Assembly: GCA_017406955.1 (NCBI GenBank) | Contig: JAFQXM010000007.1 | Coordinates: forward strand, 236,009-300,008 | Length of the DNA stretch: 64,000 nucleotides | Reading direction: 5' to 3' | Source: Bacilli bacterium | GTDB lineage: Bacteria; Bacillota_I; Bacilli_A; RF39; UBA660 | Part shown: positions 27,826 through 37,216 of the stretch, piece after piece | How the letters are laid out: every line of letters starts with the position of its first letter | How positions within the stretch are numbered: position 1 is the first letter of the stretch | The notes under the pieces: generated by a model | What the model was told of the DNA's origin: nothing | The model's database searches: none | The model's input: the letters and a program-made list of their open reading frames with translations, nothing else | Program-made: the position numbers and the translations under genes

Positions 27826-28515
27826 ATGAAAAAAAAGATTAAAAAGAGAAAAATTAATGAAAAAAAATTAATAATTAAATTATTATTATGTTTGATATAT
27901 TTAATTATTATTACGGTATTGTTTTATTCATCATATGAATTATTCGAAAGAAAAAATGATATATTACCATGGAGTGATATAAAAACAAATGAAGACTATT
28001 CTTATATAAAAATATATAGAATGTCAGAAAAATTTGCTTATTATGAAAAAACTAATAAAGAAATACACTTTGTAATAGAAAAAGAAGATACAGGAGTGTG
28101 GCATACATATTTAATTGCTATAAAGCCATCTGATTATAAGAAGTATAAAGACATAATTGACTATACATATGAAAGAACAGATAAAGAACCTAAAGAAAAG
28201 AAAGTATATGGATATCCAGTAATTATAGATAATAAATTAAAAGAATTAGCCATTAAAAATATTAATAACTTTGTACCGAAAGAAAACGAAGTACAAATAA
28301 CAAATGCAAACTTTAACGATTATATAACTAATAGTTATTTAGATACAACAATTAAAAAAATAGATAAATTCAATTTCTATATATTTTTAACTTTCTTAAT
28401 GATGACTATAATGATTATATTATTTATATATACAATACTAGCTAAAGAAGAAAATAGTTTTAAACCATATAAAAAAGCTCTAGAAGAAGTAAAAAAACTT
28501 ACTAATAAGAAATAA
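27826..28515 (+). CDS. membrane protein with N- and C-terminal TM helices (hypothetical)
   Basis: ORF with a basic N-terminus, a TM helix, a soluble middle region and a second TM helix. Confidence 0.4.
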   Translation: MKKKIKKRKINEKKLIIKLLLCLIYLIIITVLFYSSYELFERKNDILPWSDIKTNEDYSYIKIYRMSEKFAYYEKTNKEIHFVIEKEDTGVWHTYLIAIKPSDYKKYKDIIDYTYERTDKEPKEKKVYGYPVIIDNKLKELAIKNINNFVPKENEVQITNANFNDYITNSYLDTTIKKIDKFNFYIFLTFLMMTIMIILFIYTILAKEENSFKPYKKALEEVKKLTNKK

Positions 28516-28521
28516 TATAGT

Positions 28522-28550
28522 GAAGGTTTATTGATAAATCTTCTTTTTTT
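28522..28550 (+). terminator. rho-independent terminator
   Basis: GAAGGTTTA...TAAATCTTC followed by TTTTTTT. Confidence 0.6.
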
Positions 28551-28590
28551 ATATATAATAATTATTAGATAGTTGATAGAAGGTGAACAA

Positions 28591-29820
28591 ATGAATTTTG
28601 TACAAATAAAAGAAGAAGAATATAGAAAGTTTTGGGAGGATCATCCATTAAAAACATTCTTATCATCCAAAGAAATAGCTAAGTTAAGAGAAAAATCAGG
28701 ATGGAAATCTTACTTTGTAGGGTTAAAAGAAAAAAACAAATTAAAAGCTGCTGCCATGCTTTTATCTCATAAAAGACACTTTGGTAAAAATGAGTTCTAT
28801 TCCCCAAGAGGAGTCTTAGTAGATTATAAAGATGAAAAAGTATTTAAACAATTCTTAGAAGAAATAAAAAAATTTGTAAAAGAAAATAATGGTTATGTGT
28901 TTAGAATGGATCCATATATAATTTACAAGGAAAGAGATATAGATGGAAATGTTGTAAAAGATGGAGAAGATAATAGTGATGTAGTTAATTTCTTAAAAGA
29001 ATTTGGTTTTAAAAAGATTAAGACAGAAGATGAAGAACAAGTATCTTGGATGTTTTCATTAGGATTAGAAGGTAAAGATGAAAAAGAGATTCTAAAAGAA
29101 ATGAAACCTAATACTAGAAATACTATTAGAAAAGCAGAAAAAATAGGGATAACTATTAAAGAATTAAAGTATGATGAACTAGACAGGTTTCAAAAGATTA
29201 TGGAAGAAACTGGTGAGAGAAAAAGTTTCTCAGTAAGGGATATATCATATTATCAAAATATGTATAAATTGTTTTCTGATAAAGGAGAGGTTAAATACTT
29301 TATAACTGAATTAAATTTGAAAGAATATATTAAAAAACTAAAAGAAGAGAAAAAAGTTAAAGAAGATAAGTATAATAATTTAAGTGATGCAAAATATAAT
29401 GATGGTCAAAAGAAAGGCCTTACTAATGAAATAAATGCAATAGATAGAAGAATTAAAGATGCAGAAGATATAAGAAATGATAAGAAGAATGATATAATAA
29501 CTCTATCAGGATCTATGTTTATAATTATAAAACCTGAAATAATATATTTATCTAGTGGTAATTATTCTGAATTTATGAAGTTTAATTCTCAATATTTACT
29601 ACAATGGATGATGATTAAATATGGTATAGAACATGGATTTAAAAAACATAATTTTTATGGGATACCTGCTAATATAAATACTCATCCTAAAGATTATGGA
29701 ATATATGAATTTAAAAGAGGATTTAATGGTTATGTAGAAGAGCTTATAGGAGAATTTGAGCTCCCAATAACATATCATTATAAATTATTAAAACTAATAC
29801 ATAAGATAAAAAATCATTAG
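28591..29820 (+). CDS. FemAB-family peptidoglycan aminoacyltransferase (FemX/MurM-like)
   Basis: N-terminus MNFVQIKEEEYRKFWEDHPLKTFLSS..GW, central coiled-coil insert, C-terminal NFYGI...YEFKRGFNG; typical FemAB layout and size. Confidence 0.75.
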   Translation: MNFVQIKEEEYRKFWEDHPLKTFLSSKEIAKLREKSGWKSYFVGLKEKNKLKAAAMLLSHKRHFGKNEFYSPRGVLVDYKDEKVFKQFLEEIKKFVKENNGYVFRMDPYIIYKERDIDGNVVKDGEDNSDVVNFLKEFGFKKIKTEDEEQVSWMFSLGLEGKDEKEILKEMKPNTRNTIRKAEKIGITIKELKYDELDRFQKIMEETGERKSFSVRDISYYQNMYKLFSDKGEVKYFITELNLKEYIKKLKEEKKVKEDKYNNLSDAKYNDGQKKGLTNEINAIDRRIKDAEDIRNDKKNDIITLSGSMFIIIKPEIIYLSSGNYSEFMKFNSQYLLQWMMIKYGIEHGFKKHNFYGIPANINTHPKDYGIYEFKRGFNGYVEELIGEFELPITYHYKLLKLIHKIKNH

Positions 29821-29833
29821 TATTGGAGTATTT

Positions 29834-30352
29834 ATGAAAGATATAAAAAGATTCTATAAAGACATAAAGAATATAAAATATGGATGGCATGATAAAGATG
29901 GTAAAGTACATACTAAAATAAGTGGTAATAACTTTATTAAAGAATTTAGAATGCAAAAAGTAAAAAATATAAAGAAAAGTAATTATGCTATATGTTGGGA
30001 AATGTGTGAATTAGAAAGAAATTATTTTAAGAAAAGAAAAATAAAACATAAAGTAATATTTGTATTATCTAGAGAAGATAATAAATATTATTGTCATACA
30101 TTTTTAGTATTTAAACCACATAAACATTACTATTATTTTGAAGGATCATGGGATAAATACAAAGGTATACATAAATACAATAGTTTAGAAGAAATATTAG
30201 AATTCTTTAAAAATAACTTTTCAGATTTTATAGGTAAGAAAAAATATGATAAAAACAAAATATATTTTTATGAATATAAAAAGCCTAGATTTATAAAGAA
30301 GTGTAATCCATTTTATTTCTTCTGTATGCATAGTAAAAAGATAAATTATTAA
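29834..30352 (+). CDS. hypothetical protein with transglutaminase/papain-like Cys-His motif order
   Basis: AICWEMCELERNYF ... YYCHTFLVF ... YYFEGSWD resembles the Cys, His, Asp/Glu order of transglutaminase-like folds; starts 13 nt after femX. Confidence 0.3.
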   Translation: MKDIKRFYKDIKNIKYGWHDKDGKVHTKISGNNFIKEFRMQKVKNIKKSNYAICWEMCELERNYFKKRKIKHKVIFVLSREDNKYYCHTFLVFKPHKHYYYFEGSWDKYKGIHKYNSLEEILEFFKNNFSDFIGKKKYDKNKIYFYEYKKPRFIKKCNPFYFFCMHSKKINY

Positions 30353-30401
30353 TTTAAAAACAAAATGTGATATATTGTATTAACGCTTGTGAGGTAATAA
30401 T

Positions 30402-31019
30402 ATGAGTATAAAGAATTTAGAAATTAACGAAGATTGGTTGTATCATCAAGTAGATGCAATTAAACTAGGTAAAATTATTAAGAGTGGTGGTTTAAAAGCC
30501 AGGAGACTTTTAAGCAAAGAAGATAAAAGAAAGTCAGAAAACGGTGTTTGGAACGGTAGACATTTCATTTCTTTTGCTAAAAAAGCTGAAGGAGAAGATA
30601 CTGCTTATGACCATTATATGAGTGGAGAATTTGCTTTAATATTTGATCCGGATATAGGTGCTATAAAGACAAAAGTAAAAGAAGTAGGATCAATTTTTGA
30701 AACAATTGCTAAGCTCCCAACTAATAAAAGATTTTCTCGTTGGAAAGAAGAATATCAGGTAAAGAATTTTGTTCCTTTTGATAAAGTAGTAGGAATTAAA
30801 ATACCTAGTGGAAAAAGATTTTGGAATGTTTATGAAGATGATGCTATTTATCAGAAAAAACAATTAGAAGGGATGTTACAAACATTAGATGAAAATAATT
30901 TGGATGTACCATTTATAGACGTAGAAGAAGGAAAAATAGTGCCTAAAGAAGAAATGGAAGATTATTTAGACAATAAAGTAAAACAAGAACAACAAGAATC
31001 TAATAGAAAAGGAAAGTAA
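30402..31019 (+). CDS. hypothetical protein with PARP/DT-like ART motif order
   Basis: WLYHQVDAIKLGKIIKSGGLKA, GRHFISFAKK...AYDHY, KEEYQVKNFVPFDKVVGIKIP. Confidence 0.35.
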   Translation: MSIKNLEINEDWLYHQVDAIKLGKIIKSGGLKARRLLSKEDKRKSENGVWNGRHFISFAKKAEGEDTAYDHYMSGEFALIFDPDIGAIKTKVKEVGSIFETIAKLPTNKRFSRWKEEYQVKNFVPFDKVVGIKIPSGKRFWNVYEDDAIYQKKQLEGMLQTLDENNLDVPFIDVEEGKIVPKEEMEDYLDNKVKQEQQESNRKGK

Positions 31020-31048
31020 GATTAGAATAAGTATTCTAATCTTTTTTA
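31018..31048 (+). terminator. rho-independent terminator
   Basis: GATTAGAATA-ag-TATTCTAATC then TTTTTT. Confidence 0.75.
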
Positions 31049-31131
31049 TGTTTTGTATTTGTGTTATAATTAAATAGTTGTTTAATGATAAATTGTATAT
31101 AGATATCATAGTATTAAAAGTGGAGGTATAT

Positions 31132-32892
31132 ATGCTTAAATTATTTAAAAACTTTAGTAAAAAGGATATATTAATAGTAATTATTAGTATTAGTTTAATA
31201 GTATTACAAGTATATTTAGATTTAAAATTACCTGAATATATGAGTGCAATTACTAGATTAGTTCAAACAGATGGATCTAAGATGATAGATATCATAATCA
31301 AGGGATTATATATGGTAGGATGTGCTTTTGGATCTTTAGGGACTACTATTATAGTTGGATATTTAGCGTCTTACTTATCAGCTGATTTTTCTAGAAGTTT
31401 AAGAAAGAAAATATTTGATAAAGTGCAAAGTTTTTCTACTAGTGAAATTAAAAAATTTAGAACTAGTAGTTTAATTACTAGAACTACTAATGATGTTACT
31501 CAAATAGAAATGTTAATTAGTATGGGATTACAAATGCTTATTAGAGCTCCTATTATGGCAGTATGGGCTATACTTAAGATAGTTAATAAAAGTATGGAGT
31601 GGAGTATGTTAACAGGAGTAGGTGTAGTAATACTTTTATCTACAATTAGTATATTAATGATAATTGTTATTCCTAGATTTAAGATTGTTCAAAAATTAGT
31701 AGATAGTATGAATAATGTAACTAGAGAAAATCTTACTGGTATTAGAGTTATTAGAGCTTTTAATGCAGAGAAATTTCAAAAGAACAGATTTGAAAATGTA
31801 AATAATGATTTAACTAAAACACAAACTTTTATTCAAAGATCATTTGCGGTTATTTTTCCAATGATTAATTTTGTTATGCACGGATTAACTTTAGGAATTT
31901 ATTTTATAGGAGCTTTTTTAATAAGTGAAGCTTTAATGTATGATAAGATAATGTTATTTAGTAATATGGTAGTATTTACTAGTTATGGTATTCAAGTAAT
32001 TATGTCATTCCTTATGTTAGCAGTTATCTTCATGATTGCGCCAAGATCACAGGTATCAGCCAACAGAATTAATGAAGTTTTAGAATCAGATATTTCTATA
32101 TTAGATGGTAAATATAGTGATGAAACAGATGAAAAAGGAATAGTTGAGTTTAAAAATGTATCTTTTAAATATCCTGATGCAGATGAATATTTATTAAAAG
32201 ATATTTCATTTAAAGTAAATAAAGGAGAAACTATTGCTTTTATAGGGTCAACAGGTTCTGGTAAAAGTAGTTTAATAAACTTAGTACCTAGATTTTATGA
32301 TGCTACTCGAGGAGAAGTTTTAGTAGATGGAGTTAATGTTAAAGATTATAAATTAAATACTCTTCATAATAAAATAGGTTATGTTCCACAAAAAGCTGTT
32401 ATGTTTACTGGTAGTATTATAGATAATGTTAGTTATGGAGATAATGGAAAAGATAAACCTAGTGAAAAAAAGATTAAAGAATCTATTAAAGTTGCTCAAG
32501 GAAAAGATTTTGTAGAATCTATGGATAAAAAATATTCTTCTCATATATCTAGAGGGGGTACTAATATATCTGGAGGTCAAAAACAAAGACTTGCTATTGC
32601 TCGTGCAATCGCAAGGGACCCTGAAATATATATATTTGATGATTCTTTTTCTGCACTTGATTATAAAACAGATAAAGTATTAAGAGACGAATTAAAAAAA
32701 TATACTAAAGATGCAACTAGTATGATAGTAGCTCAAAGAATTGGTACTATTATGCATGCAGATAAAATAGTAGTTTTAGAAAAAGGAGAATGTGTAGGTA
32801 TAGGTACACATAAAGAACTACTTAAAAGTTGTGAAGTTTATAAAGAGATTGCTTTATCACAACTTACAAAGGAGGAGTTAGAAAATGCCTAG
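31132..32892 (+). CDS. ABC exporter permease/ATPase subunit (degenerate-site partner)
   Basis: Six-TM type I exporter domain plus NBD: Walker A GSTGSGKSS, signature ISGGQKQR. Walker B is IYIFDDS, with Asp in place of the catalytic Glu. GGAGG RBS before ATG at 31132. Confidence 0.85.
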   Translation: MLKLFKNFSKKDILIVIISISLIVLQVYLDLKLPEYMSAITRLVQTDGSKMIDIIIKGLYMVGCAFGSLGTTIIVGYLASYLSADFSRSLRKKIFDKVQSFSTSEIKKFRTSSLITRTTNDVTQIEMLISMGLQMLIRAPIMAVWAILKIVNKSMEWSMLTGVGVVILLSTISILMIIVIPRFKIVQKLVDSMNNVTRENLTGIRVIRAFNAEKFQKNRFENVNNDLTKTQTFIQRSFAVIFPMINFVMHGLTLGIYFIGAFLISEALMYDKIMLFSNMVVFTSYGIQVIMSFLMLAVIFMIAPRSQVSANRINEVLESDISILDGKYSDETDEKGIVEFKNVSFKYPDADEYLLKDISFKVNKGETIAFIGSTGSGKSSLINLVPRFYDATRGEVLVDGVNVKDYKLNTLHNKIGYVPQKAVMFTGSIIDNVSYGDNGKDKPSEKKIKESIKVAQGKDFVESMDKKYSSHISRGGTNISGGQKQRLAIARAIARDPEIYIFDDSFSALDYKTDKVLRDELKKYTKDATSMIVAQRIGTIMHADKIVVLEKGECVGIGTHKELLKSCEVYKEIALSQLTKEELENA

Positions 32893-35044
32893 ACCTGGAT
32901 CAATGAATGGAAATAGCGAAAAATCTAAGGACTTTAAAGGTTCAATGGTTAAAATCTTTAATAGTTTAAATAGATGGAAATATATTTTAATAATAGCTTT
33001 ATTATTAGCTTGTCTATCTTCAGTATTTTCTATAGTAGCTCCTAATAAATTATCTGATTTAACAGATGTTATTACTAAAGGCATTAGACCAGATACTAAG
33101 AAATTAGGTACTATTGGTAAAAAGATTAGTAGTAATTTTAAAGAGGATAAATTAAAGAGTAAAATTCCTACTATTATGATGGATAAAAGTATTAGTTATG
33201 AAGATTTAAATAAATTTAATGAAATAATGACTAAGATGTCTACTATAAAAGATAAGAAAAAAGCATCTAAATTAATAGTAGATATACCAGATAGTATATT
33301 AATAAAATTAATGGATGATATATATGTAGATAATATAAAGATTAGTAGTAAAGATCAAGTTAAGTTTTTAAAATTAATGAGTAGTATAGATAAATCTAAA
33401 GTTAATAATAAAACATTAAAGAAATTTGATAAACTACCTAAATCAATCTATAACTTAGTTAAACCTAAAATAGATATGTCTAAAGTAAAGAGTATTTCTT
33501 TATTACTTGCGATTCTTTATATACTTAGTTCTGTATTTGCATATGTACAGGCTTACCTAATGGCAACAGTTTCTAATAATTTTGCTAAAAGATTAAGAAC
33601 AGATATATCTAATAAAATAAATAAGTTGCCATTAAAATATTTTGATAAACATGAAACTGGAGATATTCTATCTAGAGTTACTAATGATGTAGATTCTATT
33701 GGTATGAATATGAATCAAAGTTTAGGAACCTTAATATCTAATGTAACTTTATTCTTAGGTGCAGTTATTATGATGTTTGTAACTGATTGGCATTTAGCTT
33801 TAACTGCAATACTTTCTAGTATTATAGGATTTATGTTTATGGGATTATTACTTTCTAAATCACAAAAATACTTTAATAGAAGACAAAAAGAGTTAGGGGA
33901 CTTAAATGGTTATATAGAAGAGGTGTATTCAGGACATAATGTTGTTAAAGCTTATAATGGAGATAAACTAGCTAAAGAAGAATTTAGAAAAATAAATAAC
34001 GAATTATATCGTTCTAGCAAGACTAGTCAATTCTTATCAGGTATAATGCAACCAATAATGATGTTTGTTGGAAACTTTGGATATGTTGCAGTCTGTGTAG
34101 TAGGAGCTTTACTTACTATGAATAATATAATTACATTTGGTGTAATAGTTGCCTTTATGATTTATATTAGATTATTTACTAATCCACTTTCTCAAATAGC
34201 TCAAGCTATGACAGGATTACAATCAACTGCAGCTGCAGCAGAACGTGTATTTGAATTTTTAGATGAAGAAGAAATGACTAGAGAGAAAAAATCTAAATTA
34301 TTAGATAAAAGCAAAGTAAAGGGAAGTATTGAATTTAAAAATGTTAAATTTGGATATAATCCTGATAGAGTAATTATAAAAGATTTTAATGCAAAAGCTA
34401 AACCTGGACAAAAAGTTGCCATAGTTGGACCTACAGGGGCAGGTAAAACTACAATGGTAAATTTACTTATGAAGTTTTATGAAATAAATTCTGGAGATAT
34501 TATAATAGATGGAGTTAATACAAAAGATTTATCTAGAGAAGAAATACATGATTTATTTATAATGGTATTACAAGATACTTGGTTATTTGATGGTACAGTA
34601 GGAGAAAACATTAGATATAACAAGAAAAATGCAAGTGATGAAGAAGTATGGAAAGCATGTAAGACTGTGGGGATAGATCACTTTATTAAAACGTTACCTG
34701 GAGGATTAAATTCTAAAGTTACTGATAATGATACAATTAGTCAAGGACAAAAACAGTTACTTACAATTGCTCGTGGTATGATAAAAGATGCACCATTCTT
34801 AATATTAGATGAAGCTACTTCTAATGTAGATACAAGAACAGAAGAGTTAGTACAAAAAGCTATGGATAAATTAACTGAAGGTAGAACTAGTTTTATAATA
34901 GCTCATAGATTATCTACTATTAAAAATGCAGATTTAATATTAGTAATGAATGAAGGTAATATAATAGAACAAGGAACACATGATGAATTAATAAAACAAA
35001 ATGGTTTCTATGCAGATTTATATAATTCACAATTTGAATTATAA
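32885..35044 (+). CDS. ABC exporter permease/ATPase subunit (consensus-site partner)
   Basis: Walker A GPTGAGKTT, Walker B FLILDEATS, atypical signature ISQGQKQ. About 140-aa insertion between TM1 and TM2. Overlaps the upstream gene by 8 nt. Confidence 0.85.
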   Translation: MPRPGSMNGNSEKSKDFKGSMVKIFNSLNRWKYILIIALLLACLSSVFSIVAPNKLSDLTDVITKGIRPDTKKLGTIGKKISSNFKEDKLKSKIPTIMMDKSISYEDLNKFNEIMTKMSTIKDKKKASKLIVDIPDSILIKLMDDIYVDNIKISSKDQVKFLKLMSSIDKSKVNNKTLKKFDKLPKSIYNLVKPKIDMSKVKSISLLLAILYILSSVFAYVQAYLMATVSNNFAKRLRTDISNKINKLPLKYFDKHETGDILSRVTNDVDSIGMNMNQSLGTLISNVTLFLGAVIMMFVTDWHLALTAILSSIIGFMFMGLLLSKSQKYFNRRQKELGDLNGYIEEVYSGHNVVKAYNGDKLAKEEFRKINNELYRSSKTSQFLSGIMQPIMMFVGNFGYVAVCVVGALLTMNNIITFGVIVAFMIYIRLFTNPLSQIAQAMTGLQSTAAAAERVFEFLDEEEMTREKKSKLLDKSKVKGSIEFKNVKFGYNPDRVIIKDFNAKAKPGQKVAIVGPTGAGKTTMVNLLMKFYEINSGDIIIDGVNTKDLSREEIHDLFIMVLQDTWLFDGTVGENIRYNKKNASDEEVWKACKTVGIDHFIKTLPGGLNSKVTDNDTISQGQKQLLTIARGMIKDAPFLILDEATSNVDTRTEELVQKAMDKLTEGRTSFIIAHRLSTIKNADLILVMNEGNIIEQGTHDELIKQNGFYADLYNSQFEL

Positions 35045-35061
35045 TAAATGGAGGTATTTCT

Positions 35062-35643
35062 ATGATTATAATGTTTATTGGGCCATCTAGTAGTGGTAAA
35101 GATTATTTTTATAATAAAGTTTTAGAAAAATATAATTTAGAACCTATAGTATTATATACAACTAGACCAAAAAGAAGAGGAGAAGTAGAAGGTAAAGAAT
35201 ATCACTTTATAGATAAAGATACTATGGATAAATTAGATAGTGATAATAAACTAGTAGAAAGAAGAGATTATGATACAGCTCATGGAATATGGAGTTATGC
35301 TACTAGGGGAGACGATATTGATAAAAATAAGACTTATTTAGTTATTAATACTTGGGAAGGATATATTGATTATGTTAATTATTTTGGTAAAGAAAGTATT
35401 TATCCATTTTACTTTGAGTTAGATCAAGATATTAGATTTGAAAGAGCTTTTTTAAGAGAAAAGGAACAGAAGTATAAAAAATATATGGAACTATGTAGAA
35501 GATTTATTGCAGATCTAGAAGATTTTTCTAAAGATAAACTAAATAAATATAAACCTATAATTATAGATAATAGTGGTAGTATAGAAAATACTATGGAACA
35601 AATTGATTTAAATATTAAAAAAATAATAAATAAGGATTCATAA
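35062..35643 (+). CDS. guanylate-kinase-like P-loop protein
   Basis: GPSSSGKD P-loop and TTRPKRRGEVEGKEYHF, matching the guanylate kinase TTRPPR.GE.dG.dYhF motif. Confidence 0.6.
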   Translation: MIIMFIGPSSSGKDYFYNKVLEKYNLEPIVLYTTRPKRRGEVEGKEYHFIDKDTMDKLDSDNKLVERRDYDTAHGIWSYATRGDDIDKNKTYLVINTWEGYIDYVNYFGKESIYPFYFELDQDIRFERAFLREKEQKYKKYMELCRRFIADLEDFSKDKLNKYKPIIIDNSGSIENTMEQIDLNIKKIINKDS

Positions 35644-35688
35644 AATAAAAATATGTGCTATAATTTATTTATATAGGAGTGTGGTAGT

Positions 35689-36375
35689 ATGAAGAATAAT
35701 TTTTGTTCTAATTGTGGAACTAAACTAAAAGCAGGAGTAAAGTTTTGTCCTGAATGTGGAACTAAAATAGGAGGAACTAAATCAAGTAAAAAAACAGAAT
35801 CTAAAGAAGAAAAGAAAGAAGCTACAAGTAGTAATAAAACTGTCATAGGTATAATCATTGCAGTAGCTGCAGCAGTAGTTCTAATTATTAGTATTATAAC
35901 TGGTATAGCAATACATAATCATAATAAACAAAAAGAATTTAAAGAGGATGTTACTAGTTTAAAAAGTGATATATTTAAATCATTCCAAGATGCTGAATTA
36001 GTAGGAAATCAATTATCTATAAACTTATATGTATATACAGCTACTAGTACAAATAAATATGCTAGATATAAAACTGTAGATGATGCAATTAGTTCAGCTA
36101 TGACTACTAAAACTAGTGAAGTTGCTAAAGTAAATAGTGAGAAACCAGGGTTAGAAAAAAGATATAAAGAACTTATGGATTCTGATGTTAAGGAAAATGA
36201 AAAAATAAAAGATATTAAAGATGATTTAAAAGATGTATATAATGCATATCAAGATGTATATAAAGCAGCAATTAAACCAGCAGGAACACCTACAAGTATG
36301 ATGCAAGATTATAAAGAAGCAAGAGCTAATTTCACTATTAAATATTCAGCACTTAATCAATTATTAAAAGAATAA
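35689..36375 (+). CDS. zinc-ribbon membrane protein (hypothetical)
   Basis: N-terminal CSNCG...CPECG zinc ribbon, one TM helix, helical extracytoplasmic domain. Confidence 0.55.
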   Translation: MKNNFCSNCGTKLKAGVKFCPECGTKIGGTKSSKKTESKEEKKEATSSNKTVIGIIIAVAAAVVLIISIITGIAIHNHNKQKEFKEDVTSLKSDIFKSFQDAELVGNQLSINLYVYTATSTNKYARYKTVDDAISSAMTTKTSEVAKVNSEKPGLEKRYKELMDSDVKENEKIKDIKDDLKDVYNAYQDVYKAAIKPAGTPTSMMQDYKEARANFTIKYSALNQLLKE

Positions 36376-36402
36376 AAAAACATATTTTAAAATATGTTTT
36401 TT
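36375..36402. terminator. bidirectional terminator between convergent genes
   Basis: Perfect palindrome AAACATATTTTAAAATATGTTT flanked by an A-run and a T-run. Confidence 0.7.
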
Positions 36403-37093
36403 ATTTTATCTTATTTAACAATTGTTTTAAGAATTGTACTGATACTTTAGAACGTTCTTCTACAAAGTCATCAAAATTTATATGATTATTAGCTTCTTTA
36501 TTAGGGGAGTCTGATATGGATCTAATTACTAAGAATGGAATATTAGATAAATAACAAGTTTGCGCAATAGCTGCTCCTTCCATTTCTACACATAAAGCAT
36601 TAAATTTATTATTTATTTTTTCTCCCATTGCTAGTTCAGTTACAAATATATCTCCAGATGCAATAGTACCTAAATGTACTTTGCTATCTATTTTAATATC
36701 TTTAGCTAATTTAACTAAATAAGGGTCACAATCCATATAAACACCTACATTAGGTATATGGCCTCTTTTATGATCAAAGATTTTTAAATCAAAGTCATGT
36801 TGAACAAGCTTTTCTCCAACAACAACATCATATATATTAACATATTTACTAACACTACCTGCAACACCAATATTTATAATACAATCCATTTCTAATTTAT
36901 CAATAAGTATTTGCGCACATCTAGCAGCATTAACTTTACCAACACCACATTGTACTAAGATACATGTCTTATCCTTATATTTACATTCATAAAAGTCTAA
37001 ATCAAATATTTTAAATTCATTAATAACTTCAAATTCTTTTAAAGCAGCATTTAATTCTTCTTTCATTGCGACTATTAAACCAATTCTATTCAT
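36401..37093 (-). CDS. mtnN: 5'-methylthioadenosine/S-adenosylhomocysteine nucleosidase
   Basis: IGLIVAMKEE, GVGKVNAA, VEMEGAAIAQ, RSISD motifs. Confidence 0.85.
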   Translation of the reverse strand: MNRIGLIVAMKEELNAALKEFEVINEFKIFDLDFYECKYKDKTCILVQCGVGKVNAARCAQILIDKLEMDCIINIGVAGSVSKYVNIYDVVVGEKLVQHDFDLKIFDHKRGHIPNVGVYMDCDPYLVKLAKDIKIDSKVHLGTIASGDIFVTELAMGEKINNKFNALCVEMEGAAIAQTCYLSNIPFLVIRSISDSPNKEANNHINFDDFVEERSKVSVQFLKQLLNKIK

Positions 37094-37216
37094 AATATCA
37101 CTTCCTGATAATATTTTATATGTTTATAACAAAAAAGTAAATAAATTAATATAGTTATTATTAATATTTATAGATTTTTTAGTTTTAATGATAATAATAT
37201 AATTGAAGGAGGTTAT

